A DNA stretch of 64,000 nt, from NCBI RefSeq assembly GCF_009914755.1, contig NC_060925.1. One strand, written 5' to 3'. Positions within the stretch are counted from its first letter, which is position 1, and each line of letters begins with the position of its first letter. Source of the DNA: the human T2T-CHM13v2.0 reference genome, Homo sapiens. The notes under the pieces are model-generated. The model saw only the letters and a program-made list of their open reading frames with translations, searched no databases and was not told the origin of the DNA. This document shows positions 27,500-41,634 of the stretch, piece after piece. Made by a program: the position numbers and the translations under genes.

Positions 27500-28277
27500 T
27501 GTGAAAGTTAGTCTTATGTGTCAACTTGTCTAGGCTGTAGTATTTGGTTATTTAATCAAACACTAATCTAGATGCTGCTGTGAAAAGTATTTTGTAGATA
27601 AGGTTAACGTCTACAATCAGTTGACTTTAAAAGAGATAATGCAGTAGGTTGTATGCACTCAGTTGGAAGGGTTTAAGAGCAAAAACTGAGAATTCCTAGG
27701 GAAGAAGAAATTTTGTCTCAAAACTGCAGCATTAACTCCTGCTTGAGTTTCTGGGTTTCCAGCCTGCTGATCAGCCCACCTTAAAAATTTCAGACTTCTT
27801 GCCCTACAGGTTTCAAACTGTCAGCCCCTACAGCCACACAAGCCAATTCCTTTAAATAAATCTCTTTAAAAAAATACACACTCTCATATACGTATACATG
27901 TACAGATACAGATCAGATACAATTATGCCCTAGTATTTATGAGGGATTGGTTTTATGTCCTCCCTACGATACCAAAAGCCAAGGAAGCTCAAGTCCCTGA
28001 TATAAATGGCATAGTATTTGCATATAACCTATGCACATCCTCCTGTATAAATCATCTCTAGATTACTTATAATAACCAAGACAATGTAAATACTATGTAA
28101 ATATACCATATTATTTAGGCAATAATGACAAGAGAAAAAAAGCTTGTACATGTTCACTACAGATACAATATTTCAAATATTTTCAATCCATAGTTTTTTG
28201 AATCAGCAGATGTGGAACCCACCAATACGGAGGACCAACTACATTTGTTCTGTTCTCCTGGAGAACTCTGATTACAA
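27500..28277 (+). mobile_element. MLT2-family LTR (MLT2D-like), split by MER2
   Basis: tatgtgtcaacttg...agccaattcctttaaataaatctct | ttgttctgttctcctggagaactctgatta. Confidence 0.85.
27920..28241. mobile_element. MER2 (TcMar-Tigger)
   Basis: gataccaaaa...gctcaagtccc...gtatttgcatataacctatgcacatcctcc...gatgtggaacccac..tacggaggaccaact. Confidence 0.9.
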
Positions 28278-28351
28278 ATCCTTTTATCATTTTATTCATC
28301 ATGCACTGTCTATATAATTCTTCCGTTTCACTTCTTCAACTATGTTCATAG

Positions 28352-28691
<340 letters not shown>

Positions 28692-28934
28692 AGTCTTTTA
28701 TCTGAACTCCTAATCAACATTTTCAACTACTATGCATCCCTATATTGATGTCCCAATCCCATCTTAAATTCAGCATGTCCAAATGAAATGGTTTTTTAAA
28801 TCCCCACCTCAACTCCCTTCTCTCCCTATTTCCAGTCTCAATTAATGGCAACTCTACACCTAATTATCCTGTGTAGAGATCTCTGAGCTATTCTTCATAA
28901 CTTTATCTGAACTCTGAAGCAGCTGAAGTTTTTT

Positions 28935-29379
28935 GTACTTGGTTGAAAACTGTTCCCCCAAAATCCATGTCCATCAGGAATCTATGAATGTGACCTTATT
29001 TGGAAACAGGGTCTTTGTAGATGTAATCCAATTAAGATGAGGTCATGCTAGATTAGAGTGGGCACTAAATCCAATGACTGGTATCATAAAAAGAAGAGGG
29101 AAATTTGGACATAGAGACACACAGAGGGAAAATGGCTATGTGAAGAAGGAAGACGAGACTGGAGTGATGCCACAGCTCTAAGCCATGGAATACCAGGGAC
29201 TGCCTGAGGCCACTGGAAACAAGAGGCAAGGAAGGATTCTTCCCCAGAGCCTTTGGAAGGAGCATGACCCTGCAGACACCTTGATTTCAGGCTTCTGTCC
29301 CCTGGAATTGTGAGAGAATAATTTTCTGTTGTTTTAAGCCACCCAGTTTGTGGTAATTTGTTACTAGAAAACTAGTACA
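28935..29379 (+). mobile_element. MLT1B/C LTR
   Basis: gaatgtgaccttatttggaaacagggtctttg...gttttaagccacccagtttgtggtaatttgttac. Confidence 0.9.
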
Positions 29380-29444
29380 AAATTCATAGTCCCTTCATAT
29401 TCCTCATTTTCCTTGTTTTAAGGAAGACTTAATTGTACCTTTTA

Positions 29445-29562
29445 AAATTTATTTTTACTTATTTTAGAGACAGGGTCTCGCTATGTTGGCCAGCTTGTCT
29501 TGAACTCCTTGCCTCAAACAACCCTCCTGCCTCAGTCTTCCAAAGTGTTGGAACTACACAGG
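29445..29562 (-). mobile_element. FLAM/AluJ left-monomer fragment
   Basis: gagacagggtctcgctatgttggcc...ccaaagtgttggaactaca. Confidence 0.8.
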
Positions 29563-30074
29563 CCTCGTATCTTTCATAATAAAATTCTTTCATTAAATTT
29601 TAAGAGTCCACTAAGATCTTCATGAGCTCTTTTCCCTCCTTTTTCACTTTACTGTGGGATTAATCCAAAACCCTTTGCCCTTCTCTTCATTCTTTCTCCC
29701 ACTGGGACCACTCCCAATCTAGTGATTTTAATCACTGCTTCTATGTTAACTTCTAAACCTAAATTTCCAACTTTGACCTATCTTTTTACCTTTAAATCCT
29801 ATGTTTTCAGTAACAGTAATTTTAAATTCTGTATTTTAAAAAATATTATAGGCATTTTTCTAGCAAGAGCCACATAGCCACTTAGCCCGTATGCTAAAGA
29901 CTTTACATACATGTTAAATATTCGCAAAAACCTTATGAGGCCATTACTCTTATTATCCCCCAATTGAAAGATGAGAAAGTTGTGTAAGACACTGAGTGGT
30001 AAAAGAACTTGCCAAAGGTACGACAGTCAGTAAGTAGTGGAGCTGGGATACAAACCCACCATAGTGCGCTTTAA

Positions 30075-30220
30075 GCACATAGGCAACCCAGACCTCTTTG
30101 AGAATATGGTGAAAACTATGGTCGTTCACCACAAAAATAATACAAAAAGTTTCCTATAAAATATTAGAAAGTTCATACATCTCTTAGAAGTCTTTATGGA
30201 TCCCAGGTTAAGAACACCTT
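30075..30220. mobile_element. MER103-like hAT-Charlie fragment
   Basis: gacctctttgagaatatggtgaaaactatgg...tggatcccaggttaagaacacc. Confidence 0.6.
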
Positions 30221-30226
30221 TACTGG

Positions 30227-30395
30227 ATTAGCCGGGTGTGATAGCACATGCCTGTAGTTTTAGGAGGCTGAGATGGAGGATCACTTGAACCCAGGAGTTC
30301 AAGACTGCAGTGAGCTATGAGTATACCACTGCACTCCAGCCTGGGCAACAGAGCAAGACCTTGTCTCTAGAGAAAAACAGAAATTGAACAAAAAA
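30227..30395 (+). mobile_element. FRAM/AluJ right monomer
   Basis: attagccgggtgtg...cactgcactccagcctgggcaacagagcaagaccttgtctc. Confidence 0.85.
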
Positions 30396-32437
30396 CATCT
30401 GTTTTGGAAAGAACTGAGTCACAATAAATATAATAGTAATAAGAAAAATATAGCTAGATTCAATGGTCTAATTTTCTTCATCAGTTTGATTCTCCAGGAA
30501 AGTGTAATTTATTTTAGCAAATTTAGTAGATCTTTATTTTAAAGAAAATAGTGAACATCATGCTTATTCATTTGAGCATGTAGTGAATGACAAATGTAGT
30601 GAATGACTCCAAATCCAGAAGGGAAGACAAAACATGTAAACCAAAAATTACAATATGATGCAACAGTTATGACAAGAACAATAATCTTTGTGAACTGTGC
30701 AGAATAATATGAAAGAAAAGTACTGTGTTGAACACAGAGATCAGGTAAAAAATTACTATAATCAGGTAAGAATAAAATCCATGCAAGAGATGAATATGGA
30801 GATTCTAACCTAAGGCAGTGGAAGTGGTGAGAAAGGATTAAATCCAAGGGTTACTAAGGAGGAAAATGCCGTCCGAGTTTAGTGGCTGATTAAGTCAAGA
30901 TGAAAGTGAGAAAGGAATGAAGAACAGCTCATACATAGGATGATTAGGAGTAGAGATGCCATTAACTCAGATTAGAAATAAGGAGAGAAAGGAGTGAGGT
31001 GGGGAGAAAAAAACATTCCATTTTGGACACATGATAAATTATACAGAAATAGAGATTCAGAAATAGATATATAGACACAGATATTATATAGTTATGTAAC
31101 CTAAGCATATTTTTAGGCAAAAGTGGGTGACAGAGGGAAGGTTATCAGGTATAATTGTGAGGGGGTTAGTTGGATAGGAGACAGCATACCTGTTTCTCTG
31201 AAATAAGGGGACAGACTGCATTCAGCAGTTCCAGTAACAGTTCAAGAAACAAATGACTATTATTAATCATATATTATTTAAAATAGTATCCACTTGAGTG
31301 TTTGTCTGATTTTAAGTTGTAGATGTCAGTTACATATTTATCCAAGAGATCCATTTTTTTCAAAAGCAAATCTGAAAAGCTTATAATTAAAATTGACTGT
31401 AGCCAACATGTTGGAATCCAAAGTGTATTTGATAATTTTCTTACAGAAAATGTTTTAGGCCCACCAAGGAATTTAGTCTAGTGTAGTTAGAACCTATAAT
31501 TTCACACTCTTTCAGAGTAAGCCTACTAAAAAATAGTTCTTTTAATAAAAGTGTGCAAGTGATTAAATCCTAGTCAATTACAAAATGTGTATTTCTGTGA
31601 TGGCATGTGTATTTCAAAGCTTTGAATGTTAAAATGCAACTTGATGCTCTTCCTTAGCATGGTTAAATTCAGCATGATATCACCCTTTGTGGGAGTCTTC
31701 ATGAGGGTAAATACAGCTTAAATAAGTGAAGTTTCCTGGTATTGAAATGGCTTTGTTTCTGTGGGTCTTGATTTAGTTTTATTTGTTTATGCAAATCAAT
31801 GAATAAATATACATCCATGGAGACAATATATTCAGATTATACATTTATATTTAAAACCTTTCTTTCCAACTTTTTATTTTACAGATTTGTTCAACTTACT
31901 TTAAATCACTAGAATGTAATTAAACACTGCCTTCTCAGCTGGAGAAAATAGGCTGTTCTCACATGGTTAGGCTTTGTTAAATAACAATAGATTTAAATAA
32001 AACTTCAATATACTAGAATATGTTTCTTGAGATACTATATGGCTTGATTTTATAATATTAAGATTCAAAACATTGGCATTTACAGTTGTGAGGGACCATA
32101 GAGGTTATCAATTTGTGTCCTTTTTCAGATCAAGAAATGACAGTTCAGAGCAGTAGGTTACCCAGAGCCAAGAATAATTATATAGTGGATTCTATATGCC
32201 AAGCTCTGCTCTAAACAGTTTACATACATTTTATGTATTAACTTATTAATTCTTAAATTCACCATTTTACAGATGAAAAAATAAACATTCAGAGGTGAAG
32301 TCACCCAAGAACCCTCACCTAGTAAGTGATGGCCCTGGGATTTGAACCCAGGTATTCTTCCTTTCAGTCAGTGCACTTAACTATGCTCCCAGTTTCTACA
32401 AAGGGCAGTGTTGAGACCCTGAAACCATTTAACCTTC

Positions 32438-32837
32438 TGATATGGTTAGGCTTTGTGTCCCCACCCAAATCTCATCTTGAATTGTAATCCTCATAATCCC
32501 CACTTATCTAGGGAGAGACCTGGTGGGAGGTGATTGGATCATGGGAGTGGTTTCTCCTATGCTCTTTTTGTGATAGTGAGTGAGTTCTTATGAGATCTGA
32601 TGGTTTTAAAGCATCTGGTATTTCCCCTGCTCATGCTCTTCTGTCTCCTGCCACTATGTGAAGAAGGTCCTTGCTGCCTCTTTGCATTCTGCCATGATTC
32701 TAAGTTTGCTGAGGACTTCCTAGCCATGTGGAACTGTGAGTCAAGTCTCTTTCTATTATAAATTACCCAGTCTCAGGTATTTCTTTATAGCAGTATGAGA
32801 ACGGACTACTACTACTATTACTACTACTACTACTACA
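32438..32837 (+). mobile_element. THE1D-type solo LTR (ERVL-MaLR)
   Basis: tgatatggttaggctttgtgtccccacccaaatctcatcttgaattgtaatcc...aattacccagtctcaggtatttctttatagcag. Confidence 0.92.
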
Positions 32838-33561
32838 CACACTCACATATGTTAGGTGTAATATACTGATTTTGTTGAATTACATTTATTTATGTAAATG
32901 CCAATCTCTTTCACTGGACTGAGACGTTCGATAGATCTTCGATAGCAGGAACCATGTTGTATTCACCTCAGTGAAGAGTTCATTACTTGGTACATAGTAG
33001 GTGCTGCATAATACTTTTGGATAAATAAATGAGCCAATTTATATATGAAGGATTTTTAGGAAGGTGAGTCTAGAGGTAAGGAAACAAGTTAGATGGAGAG
33101 TGATCTCTCTTTGGGAGGTAATACAAAAGTCAGGTGGTGAAGTGATTTTGTTAAGGGAAAACATTGAACAGATGAGAAAGACATTGCAAAGATTGGAGTT
33201 GGTGATTGCTGTGAGTGACAGAGAAATCAAAACAACTATATGACCAGTTCAGTCTATCACAAAATTTATTAATTTGATTAATCTTTTCAAAGTTGGGCTG
33301 AAAGAAGATATCTTGTCTTGTTTGTTCATTTTCTATGCATTGAACTATACCATAAATTTTGTCATATCCTTCCTTCTGCTTATTTTAGGTTTCATTTGTT
33401 CTTCTTTTTCTCATTTCTTCAGGTATATGCTTAAGTCATTAATTTTAGAACTTTCTTCTTTTTTAATATAATTATTAAATGCTATAAATTTCCCCCTAAG
33501 AACTGCTTTAGCTATGGTTAATGAGGTTTTGATGTTTTCATTTTCATTTGATTCAAAAAAA

Positions 33562-33722
33562 ATTTTTTGAGACAGAGTCTCACTCTGATACCCATGCTGG
33601 AGTGCACTGTTGCAATTATGGCTCACTGTGGCATCAACCTTCAAAGGCTCCGGTGATCCTCCCCCATCAGCCTCCTGAGTAGCTGAGACTACAGGTGCAT
33701 GCCACCATGCCTGGCTATTTTT
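33562..33722 (-). mobile_element. FRAM/AluJ right monomer
   Basis: ttttttgagacagagtctcactctg...gccaccatgcctggctatttt. Confidence 0.88.
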
Positions 33723-34935
33723 GAAATATATTTTAAATTATTTATGATTTCTTCTACAGCCCATGATTGTTTAGAAGGGTTTTTTTAAGTTTCTAAATAT
33801 TTAGAGATTTTTTCAGATATCTTTCTGTTATTAATTTTTAGTTTAATGCAATTTTGGTAAGAGAAATAATCTATTTGATTTACTTTTAAAAAATTCATTG
33901 AGACTTCTTTTGTGACCCAAAATCTGTTTTTTCTTGGTGAATGTTCCATTGGCACTTGAAAAGAATGGATATTCTGTATTAGTTAGAGTGTTCTATATAT
34001 GTCAATTAGGCCAAGTTGATTGATAGTGTTGTTTAGGTCATCTACATGCTTAATGATTTTTTTTCATTTACTAGAGAGAAGTGTTAGAATATCGAACTAT
34101 AACTGTAGGTTTATATATTTTTCTTTCAAGTTCTGTTAGTTTTAGCTTTATGTATTTTTCAGCTCTGTTATTAGATGCATGTACTTTAAGATTGTTATAT
34201 TTTCTTGATTAATTGACTTCTTTATCATTGTGAAATGTCTCTCTATATCTACTATATCTCTTGTTCTGAAGTCTATTTTAGCTGATAATAATATAGCTAC
34301 TCTGCCTTTCTTTTGAGTAATATTTACAAGGTATATCTTTTTATATTCTTTTCTTTTTAACCAATCTCTGTCTCTATATTTAAGGTGGATTCCTTGTAAA
34401 CAGCATATAGTTGGATCCTGCTTTTTCAGAAATCCAGTCTGACATACTTTAAAATTATAGTGTCTAGAGCATTTAGAATTAATATAATTATTGATACCAT
34501 TTGTTTTATGTCTACCATCTATTTGTTTTATATTTATCTCATCTGGTCTTTCCCTTTTTTCTCTTTTAAAAAACTTATTAATTGGGTATTTAATTTCTAC
34601 TATTTGACGATTTTTTTTAGTTGCTGATTTATTTTTAGTACATATCTTTAACTTGTCATAGTCGACATTTAAATTATAATACTCCTCCTATCCTTTATGC
34701 TCTTATTATGTCACACATTTTAAGGCTATATATGTAGTATCAACCTCATAATACATTATTATTTGCTTTAAACAGACATAAATATCTTTTTAAGAAATTA
34801 AAAATGAGAAAAATATTTTTTATATATATTCACATATTTACCATTTCTGTTGCTTGTCATTGTTTGCTGTAGGTCCATATTTCTATCTGGTATCATTCTT
34901 CTTTGGCTGCAGAACTTCTTTTTACAGTTGGGTGG

Positions 34936-35009
34936 GTGTGTGTGCGTGCACGTGCACATGTGTACCCGTGCATGTGTATTTGTGTGTGTGTTCATGTGAA
35001 CGTGTGTGC
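34936..35009. repeat. Degenerate (TG/CA)n alternating purine-pyrimidine tract
   Basis: gtgtgtgtgcgtgcacgtgcacatgtgta... includes palindrome GTGCACGTGCAC. Confidence 0.8.
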
Positions 35010-35438
35010 TGGACTGCTGGTGATAAATTCTCTTGAAAGAATTCATCTGAAAAAGTCAATGTTTTCCCTATGTATTTGAAAGATATTTTTACTGGGTCAG
35101 AATTGTAGGTTGACAGTTTTATTTTGTTCTGTTTCCTTTCAGCACTTTAAAGAGGTCTTTTCATTATCTTCTGGTCTGCATGGCTTCTGATAAGAAATTG
35201 GCTGTCGGTTTTGTCTTTGTCCCCCTGAATATAATGTGTCTTTTTTCCTCTGGGCATTTAAGATGTTCTCTTTATCACTGATTTTCAGCAATTTGATTAT
35301 GATTTGCCTTAGAGTGGTTTTCATTGTTTCTTCTGCTTGGAGTCATTGAGATTCTTGGATATATCTGAAAACTTGATTTACGTATTTTTTTTCTGGTTTA
35401 CTAGCTGTTTACAGTGAAAGTGCAATGCCCATGGCAGA

Positions 35439-35801
35439 TGTCTTAGTCTGTTTGGGCTGCTATAACAAAATGCCATGAACTGATTGGTTTATAAACAACA
35501 CAAATGTATTTCTACAGTTCTGAAGGCTGGGAAGTTCACAATCAAAGTGCTAGCAGATTTGGTGTCTGGTGAGGTCTGCTTTCTAATTCATAGATGGTGC
35601 CTTCTCACTGTGTCCTTACATAGTGGAAGGCATGAGGCAACTCTCCGGGACTTCTTTTATAAGGACACTAGTTCCATTCATGAGGGCAGAGCCTTCATGA
35701 TTTAATCTACCTACCAAAGACCCACTTTCTAATACCATAACATGGATGATGAGGTTTCAACATATTAATTTGGGGGAAACATGAACATTCAGATGATAAC
35801 A
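35439..35801 (-). mobile_element. MLT1A/MSTD-like MaLR solo LTR
   Basis: tgtcttagtctgtttgggctgctataacaaaatgcca...gaacattcagatgataaca; TSD gcaga/gcagg. Confidence 0.88.
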
Positions 35802-36216
35802 GCAGGTAATATTTCATGTGTGGAATCAGAAGTCTTATTTTGTTATTATTGGTAGAAGATGGCTTTTTCACTTATAAGTCATAAACATGTTATTAATTAT
35901 GTCTTCCAAAATTTTCAGATTTTGTTGTCAAATTTGAGAAAACTTCTCTCATTTTTTCTTGACTTAACCACATACTTTCAGTGCCCGACACCAAAGGACC
36001 TGTTCATATACCATGACCACCTCTGGCCCTGCATCTTTGTGTCATGATTCTAGATGAGTCAGTACTCAGGGTGATAGAAGTATTGCTAGAAGCCAGTCTT
36101 GAATTTTCTTGGCTAGTTATAATATAACCATATACAAGACTCTGCAGGCCTCATAAGCCTATCCCATTAAATCCAAGCTAAATATATACCTAACTCAATC
36201 TCCATTTAGCTGGATC

Positions 36217-36528
36217 TTTGTTGTTGTTTTTTTTTTTTATCTTAGAAATGGGGTCTCACTCTGTCATCCAGACCAGAGTGCAGTAGCTCAATAATAGCTT
36301 AATGTAACCCCAAATCCCTCGGTTCAAGCAATCATCCTGCCCCAGTCTCTCAAGTAGCTAGGACTACAGATGTGTGCCGCTACACCTGGTTAATTTTTTA
36401 AATTTTCTTGTAGAGAAGGGGTAACACTATGTTGCCTCGACTGGTCTCAAACTCCTGGCCTCAAGCAGTCCTCCTGCCTAGGCCTCCCAAAGCACTGGGA
36501 TTACAGGCATGAGCCACCATGCCCAGCC
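36217..36528 (-). mobile_element. AluJ
   Basis: Diverged dimer ending gagccaccatgcccagcc; TSD-like ag(c/g)tggat. Confidence 0.92.
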
Positions 36529-37052
36529 AGGTGGATATTAACATTCATGTAGCCACTCCAACATACCTACCATGAGGAGAAGTAATGGAAAAGACATAAT
36601 GAAAAGAGACGCTGGTATTAATTGATTGCAGTTAATATATCTTACTGTTACAAATTGTACAAAATGTATGATCACTAAATATAATGCTGGTGTTTCTCTC
36701 TGGGCCTTGGGAGGGGCTTGTGCAGAGACGCCCTGTCACTTATGTTTCATTCACTTTACACTAATTCTGCTCTGACTTTACCATTGTTGTTTTAAAAGCA
36801 GGATCATTCTGTGTCACACACTAGTATAATCTTGGGCTGTAATAGAAATTGTTGTTCAGCACTGAAAACAGGAATGAGGAAACGTGCTGTTAATGTGTCT
36901 CTTACTTCAGCTATCTGATTCTGACAAAATCCAAGTCAGTACTCAGTTATATACTGTTTCCCCAGCCTAGTGGAAAAAAAAATTGAGTTTAGTAGAGATT
37001 TGGGTTAAAGAAAAGGAAATCCCTTTTGCAGTTTAGAGGTCTTAATGATTGG

Positions 37053-37352
<300 letters not shown>

Positions 37353-37757
37353 TTACAAAACAAAAATAAGTTAAGCAAAAATTTTGATTCAAAAGTAGAA
37401 AGTGTATATTTCATTTCACTTTTGTACTTAATAAGTGGTATAGTTCTCACTTGTTTGTTGTTTCATTTGTTCCCTCAGTCTGTCACTTATAAATAATGAA
37501 TATGTAAACTTGATTTTCACAACTTGGTTTGCTGCAATATAGCCCCCCAAAGTAACTGGGCTTTTATTAGTTTTTATTGCAAGTATTCCAGTTTTAACAG
37601 CTTTGATAGCAACTATATCTTAATTTTTTCTCTTATAAAAATGCTGAGAATCCCTTTTCATAAACAAGTGTTTTTTTTAAAGATAACTTTATCAACATGG
37701 CAACAGTCTCTAAGTTTCAGATGTGGTGCTACTTAGTCCCTTATAAAGAACGAATGG

Positions 37758-38087
<330 letters not shown>

Positions 38088-39181
38088 TTAATAGCAGCAC
38101 CTAGACTATAGTCATGTCTGGCTGCTGATAGGAGGTTTAGAATCCTTTTCCTGTTTTGAATGTTCATTCCTGCTTTGAATTGTTGATTAAGAGAACAGAT
38201 TTATTGACAGACTTCTGCTTTTGATTTCAAGTATCAGTGTTGATTGACTGTCTGCTGTAAGCATAATAGTGATGGATATAAAGCCACTAGTAATACCCTT
38301 CAAAATAATAAGATTTAAATACATTAAAAGATACAATGCTGAGGCCGATTTCAGACAAGGGAGAGATCTCTATGACCTAAAGATTCTAGAACTCAAGCTG
38401 GGCTTTAAGGTTGAACAGAATTTGAAGAAGGACATTCTATGGTGCAAGCAGAAACACCTAATAAGAGTAAAGGCAAAGAGGTAGGAATGTGCAGGTCTTA
38501 TTTAATTTTCTTTAATTCAACAACATATATCAAAAGCTTATTGTCTTCCGAGTATTTTTCTAATTAAAAATACAAAAATAAATATGGAATAGTCTTTACC
38601 CTCTAAGAATTTAATAATCTAGGAAATGGGAAATGACATTGACAAAACTACTACTAGATAGAGGATTTCTATGAATAGAATTTATATCATAACCTTTTAT
38701 TTAAAGGTTGCCTGAGCAACACACTTTGGGTCAGAAAGATCTGGGCTTAAAATTTAGCACTGCCTCTTCTTAGCTATGTAACCTTCAGCTCCTTTGAGTT
38801 TACTTTTATCTGTGTCTATCTTCCACTGTATTTCACACATACAACCTGAAGCTCTTCATCAGCAAACTCATTCCCACCAGGTCAGAGAGAATTTCACTGC
38901 CAGCTGTACTATCAAGTAAATGGAACCTGGACTGTCTTTCCCACCATAGGCTTTGTATCACGTTGCTCCTTACCAAGGCTACATTAACCCAGTCCAGATT
39001 CCTGGGCTCCAGTTCCTGATGTCTGTCTACAGTCATTGCCATCCTGCCTCACCAGCTAAATTAACTGGCCCTGACTCTTCTCAAAACCACATCTACACTT
39101 ACCATTCTTTTCAAAGTAGCTCATTGGACTACTCCAAAATATCAGGATGCTATCATTTCAGTTTTCTTCCACCTCTCACTC

Positions 39182-39290
39182 ACGAGGTAACTGTCTCCTT
39201 TTGCCCAGGACTCGGGATTCCTGGAACTTGGGAATTTCAGTGCTAAAACTGGGAGAATCCCAGGTGAAACAGGATGAGTTAGTCATCCTA
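39182..39290. mobile_element. MER81 (hAT-Blackjack)
   Basis: ttgcccaggact...tttcagtgctaaaactggga...ggatgagttagtcatccta. Confidence 0.8.
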
Positions 39291-39407
39291 ACACTAGCCT
39301 GCTTCGGGCCTCTAGCCCTTGTTTCTGAAGTGTCGACATATCTGCTGCTTAACCTAATCCAAGTTTGGCAGTCTTCTCAATTTTTTGGTGGGGACGGGGA
39401 GGTGGGA

Positions 39408-39518
39408 TGGGGTCTCATTATGTTGCCCAGGCCAGCCTTGAACTCCTGAGTTCAAGTTATCCTCCCACTTCAACCCCCTGAGTAGCTAGGACTACAGGCG
39501 CACATCACTGCACCCAGC
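39408..39518 (-). mobile_element. FLAM monomer
   Basis: ggggtctcattatgttgcccagg...cactgcacccagc. Confidence 0.85.
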
Positions 39519-40134
39519 TACCTTCTTAATATTTTGAAGGTCAAAAGACATTCATATGACAGCTGATTCCCAAAATGTATTAGTTAGTACTGAGAATGCC
39601 AAGCCAGTTTAAAACTAAAAGCAATAGCAGGTTGCAAATTAAAACTTCTTGGTGCTCAAAAAAAATTAAGGACTTGGAACGGCAGCCAGATGGCTGGGGT
39701 GAAAGGTTTATATGATGTCATAGATAAAGCTGGTAAGTGGGTTTGACCAGGATCCCTTTTCTGTGTGTGTACACATGTGCAGATGGGCATGCACGTGTGT
39801 GTACATGAATATGAGGGAGAAAGTTAAATGCTATGAACAAATTTTGGAAAAATCAGATTGTAGAACTAAGATAATAACTGGATATAGCAAGGAAGAGCAA
39901 CTTAACTAGGAAAATGGATTAATTAATAAATTATTCTCAAATTTATTTTTATCATAAATTTAAGTAAGCCCTTGGTTCCTTTTATTACGTTTCTATGATA
40001 ATCTAGTATAAGAGAATACCTGATATAAATCCAAAGCAGGTGATTGGTTATTTCTAACTTAATATATCAATATTTCACAGGCAAGTCTGAGATGCATCAA
40101 ATAATTGTCAGAAATAGGGAAAGAAAGATGAGTG

Positions 40135-40268
40135 GGCCGGGTGCAGTGGCTCATGCCTGTAATCCCAGCACTTTGGGAGGGTGAGGTGGGAGGCTCACTT
40201 GACCCCAGGAGTTCAATACCAACTTGTACAACATAGTGAGACCCTGTCTTTGTTTAAAAAAAAAAAAA
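40135..40268 (+). mobile_element. FLAM_C monomer
   Basis: ggccgggtgcagtggctcatgcc...catagtgagaccctgtct then poly-A. Confidence 0.9.
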
Positions 40269-40697
40269 AGGATAGTAGAAGCATTTATTTAGAACATTTG
40301 TGCAATTGATATTTTTAAATTAAAATGTTTTAGAAACTTTTGATATTCTTTTTCTTCACAACTTTATAATTGGTCTTGCATTTGATGACTTTAACTAAAC
40401 ATCAATAAACATATTACAAAATGTTTAAATAAATTTTATTTATTTAAATAAAATAAAATAAACATATTACAACCACAGATTTATTTCCATAACTGATTTT
40501 ATAAAAAGTTCCCTTAAATAGTCAATGAAATGAGTTTCCTAACTTAGAGCGCTTTTTTTCCACTCAGAACTAATTAGCTATGCTTAAGACTTTCTCACAA
40601 GAATTTCTCTACAGAGGAAACAGTACTTTCACTTTGAGGCTCTCCACTAGAATAAAACTATCTATGGGAAGGATCATGTCCCCTCTACCATCCCCAT

Positions 40698-40760
40698 TTT
40701 CATATAGGCTTTTAAATGTTCACATATAGGCTATATGTTTCATATAGGCTTTTAAATGTT
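40698..40760. repeat. Three-copy ~20-bp tandem repeat
   Basis: tttcatataggcttttaaatgtt identical at 40698 and 40738, with a variant copy between. Confidence 0.85.
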
Positions 40761-41019
40761 TAAATCTGTTGGTGTTCACAGAACTGCCTTTTCTAATGCA
40801 ATGATTTTGAGGCAAGATGATTTGGGGAGACAAAACTACAGTTTTACTAAGTAAATTTGGGCTTCTAAGTCAGTAACAAAGGGCATATCAGATATTCAAA
40901 AAAGTAAATTCTGAATGTATAAGTTCAGGGGGTTTCTATTACCATATTAGTCCTTAGCTGTTAATATACCACAATAGAGACAATTCATACTGAGTATACA
41001 GTTACAGATAAATTGATCA

Positions 41020-41570
41020 AATTCATTCACTCAATAAATATTTATGGGGTACTTTCTATGTTTAAGAAACATTTCTAATCACTAGGAATATTGTCAAAAT
41101 ATTAGCCCTGTAGAGTTTACAAAATGGCTAGTAGAATTTACAAAAATCTCTAGCCTTTTAGAATTTAAATTCTAATAGGGCAGACAGACAAAAAACCCAA
41201 AAGTAAATAGTATGTCAGATGGTGATACATGCTATGAAAAATTAAAGCAGCCTGAGAAGGTTAGGGAGTGATCCACAGTGGATGGGGCAGGTATGCTGCT
41301 TGAGATATGGTGTCAAGGAAGGCCTCTCTGAAAAGGTGATTTGAGCAGAGACCTGAAGGAATTGAAGGAGTGAGGGAGTGAGCCTTGAAGGTATCTGAGG
41401 AAGAGCAGATGAGGTAACAGCAAGTGCCAATATCCTGAGGCAGAATTGCTGGGCATATTCAAGGAATAGCAAGGAGGTTAGTTTGGTAGGAGCAGGATGA
41501 GAAGGGAGAGAGTGGCAGGAAATGAGATTAGAGAGGTGGGGGTAGGATGGCAGATCTTGTCAGGTTTACA
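41020..41570 (-). mobile_element. L2a fragment
   Basis: attcattcactcaataaatatttat...gtcaaggaaggcctctctgaaaaggtgatttgagcagagacctgaagga. Confidence 0.85.
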
Positions 41571-41634
41571 GTCTACAGAAGATATTTTGGGCATTCAGTC
41601 CCAGGGAGATGCCTTTAGAAGTAGAAAGTTGCAT

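Larger units (their letters stand above)
33255..35365 (-). mobile_element. Ancient L1M 5' region remnant (ORF1 C-term and ORF2 endonuclease region)
   Basis: ORF 35139-35324 TTLRQIIIKLLKISDKENIL resembles ORF1p; ORF 33411-33644 KAVLRGKFIAFNNYIKK resembles ORF2p; both disrupted. Confidence 0.85.
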
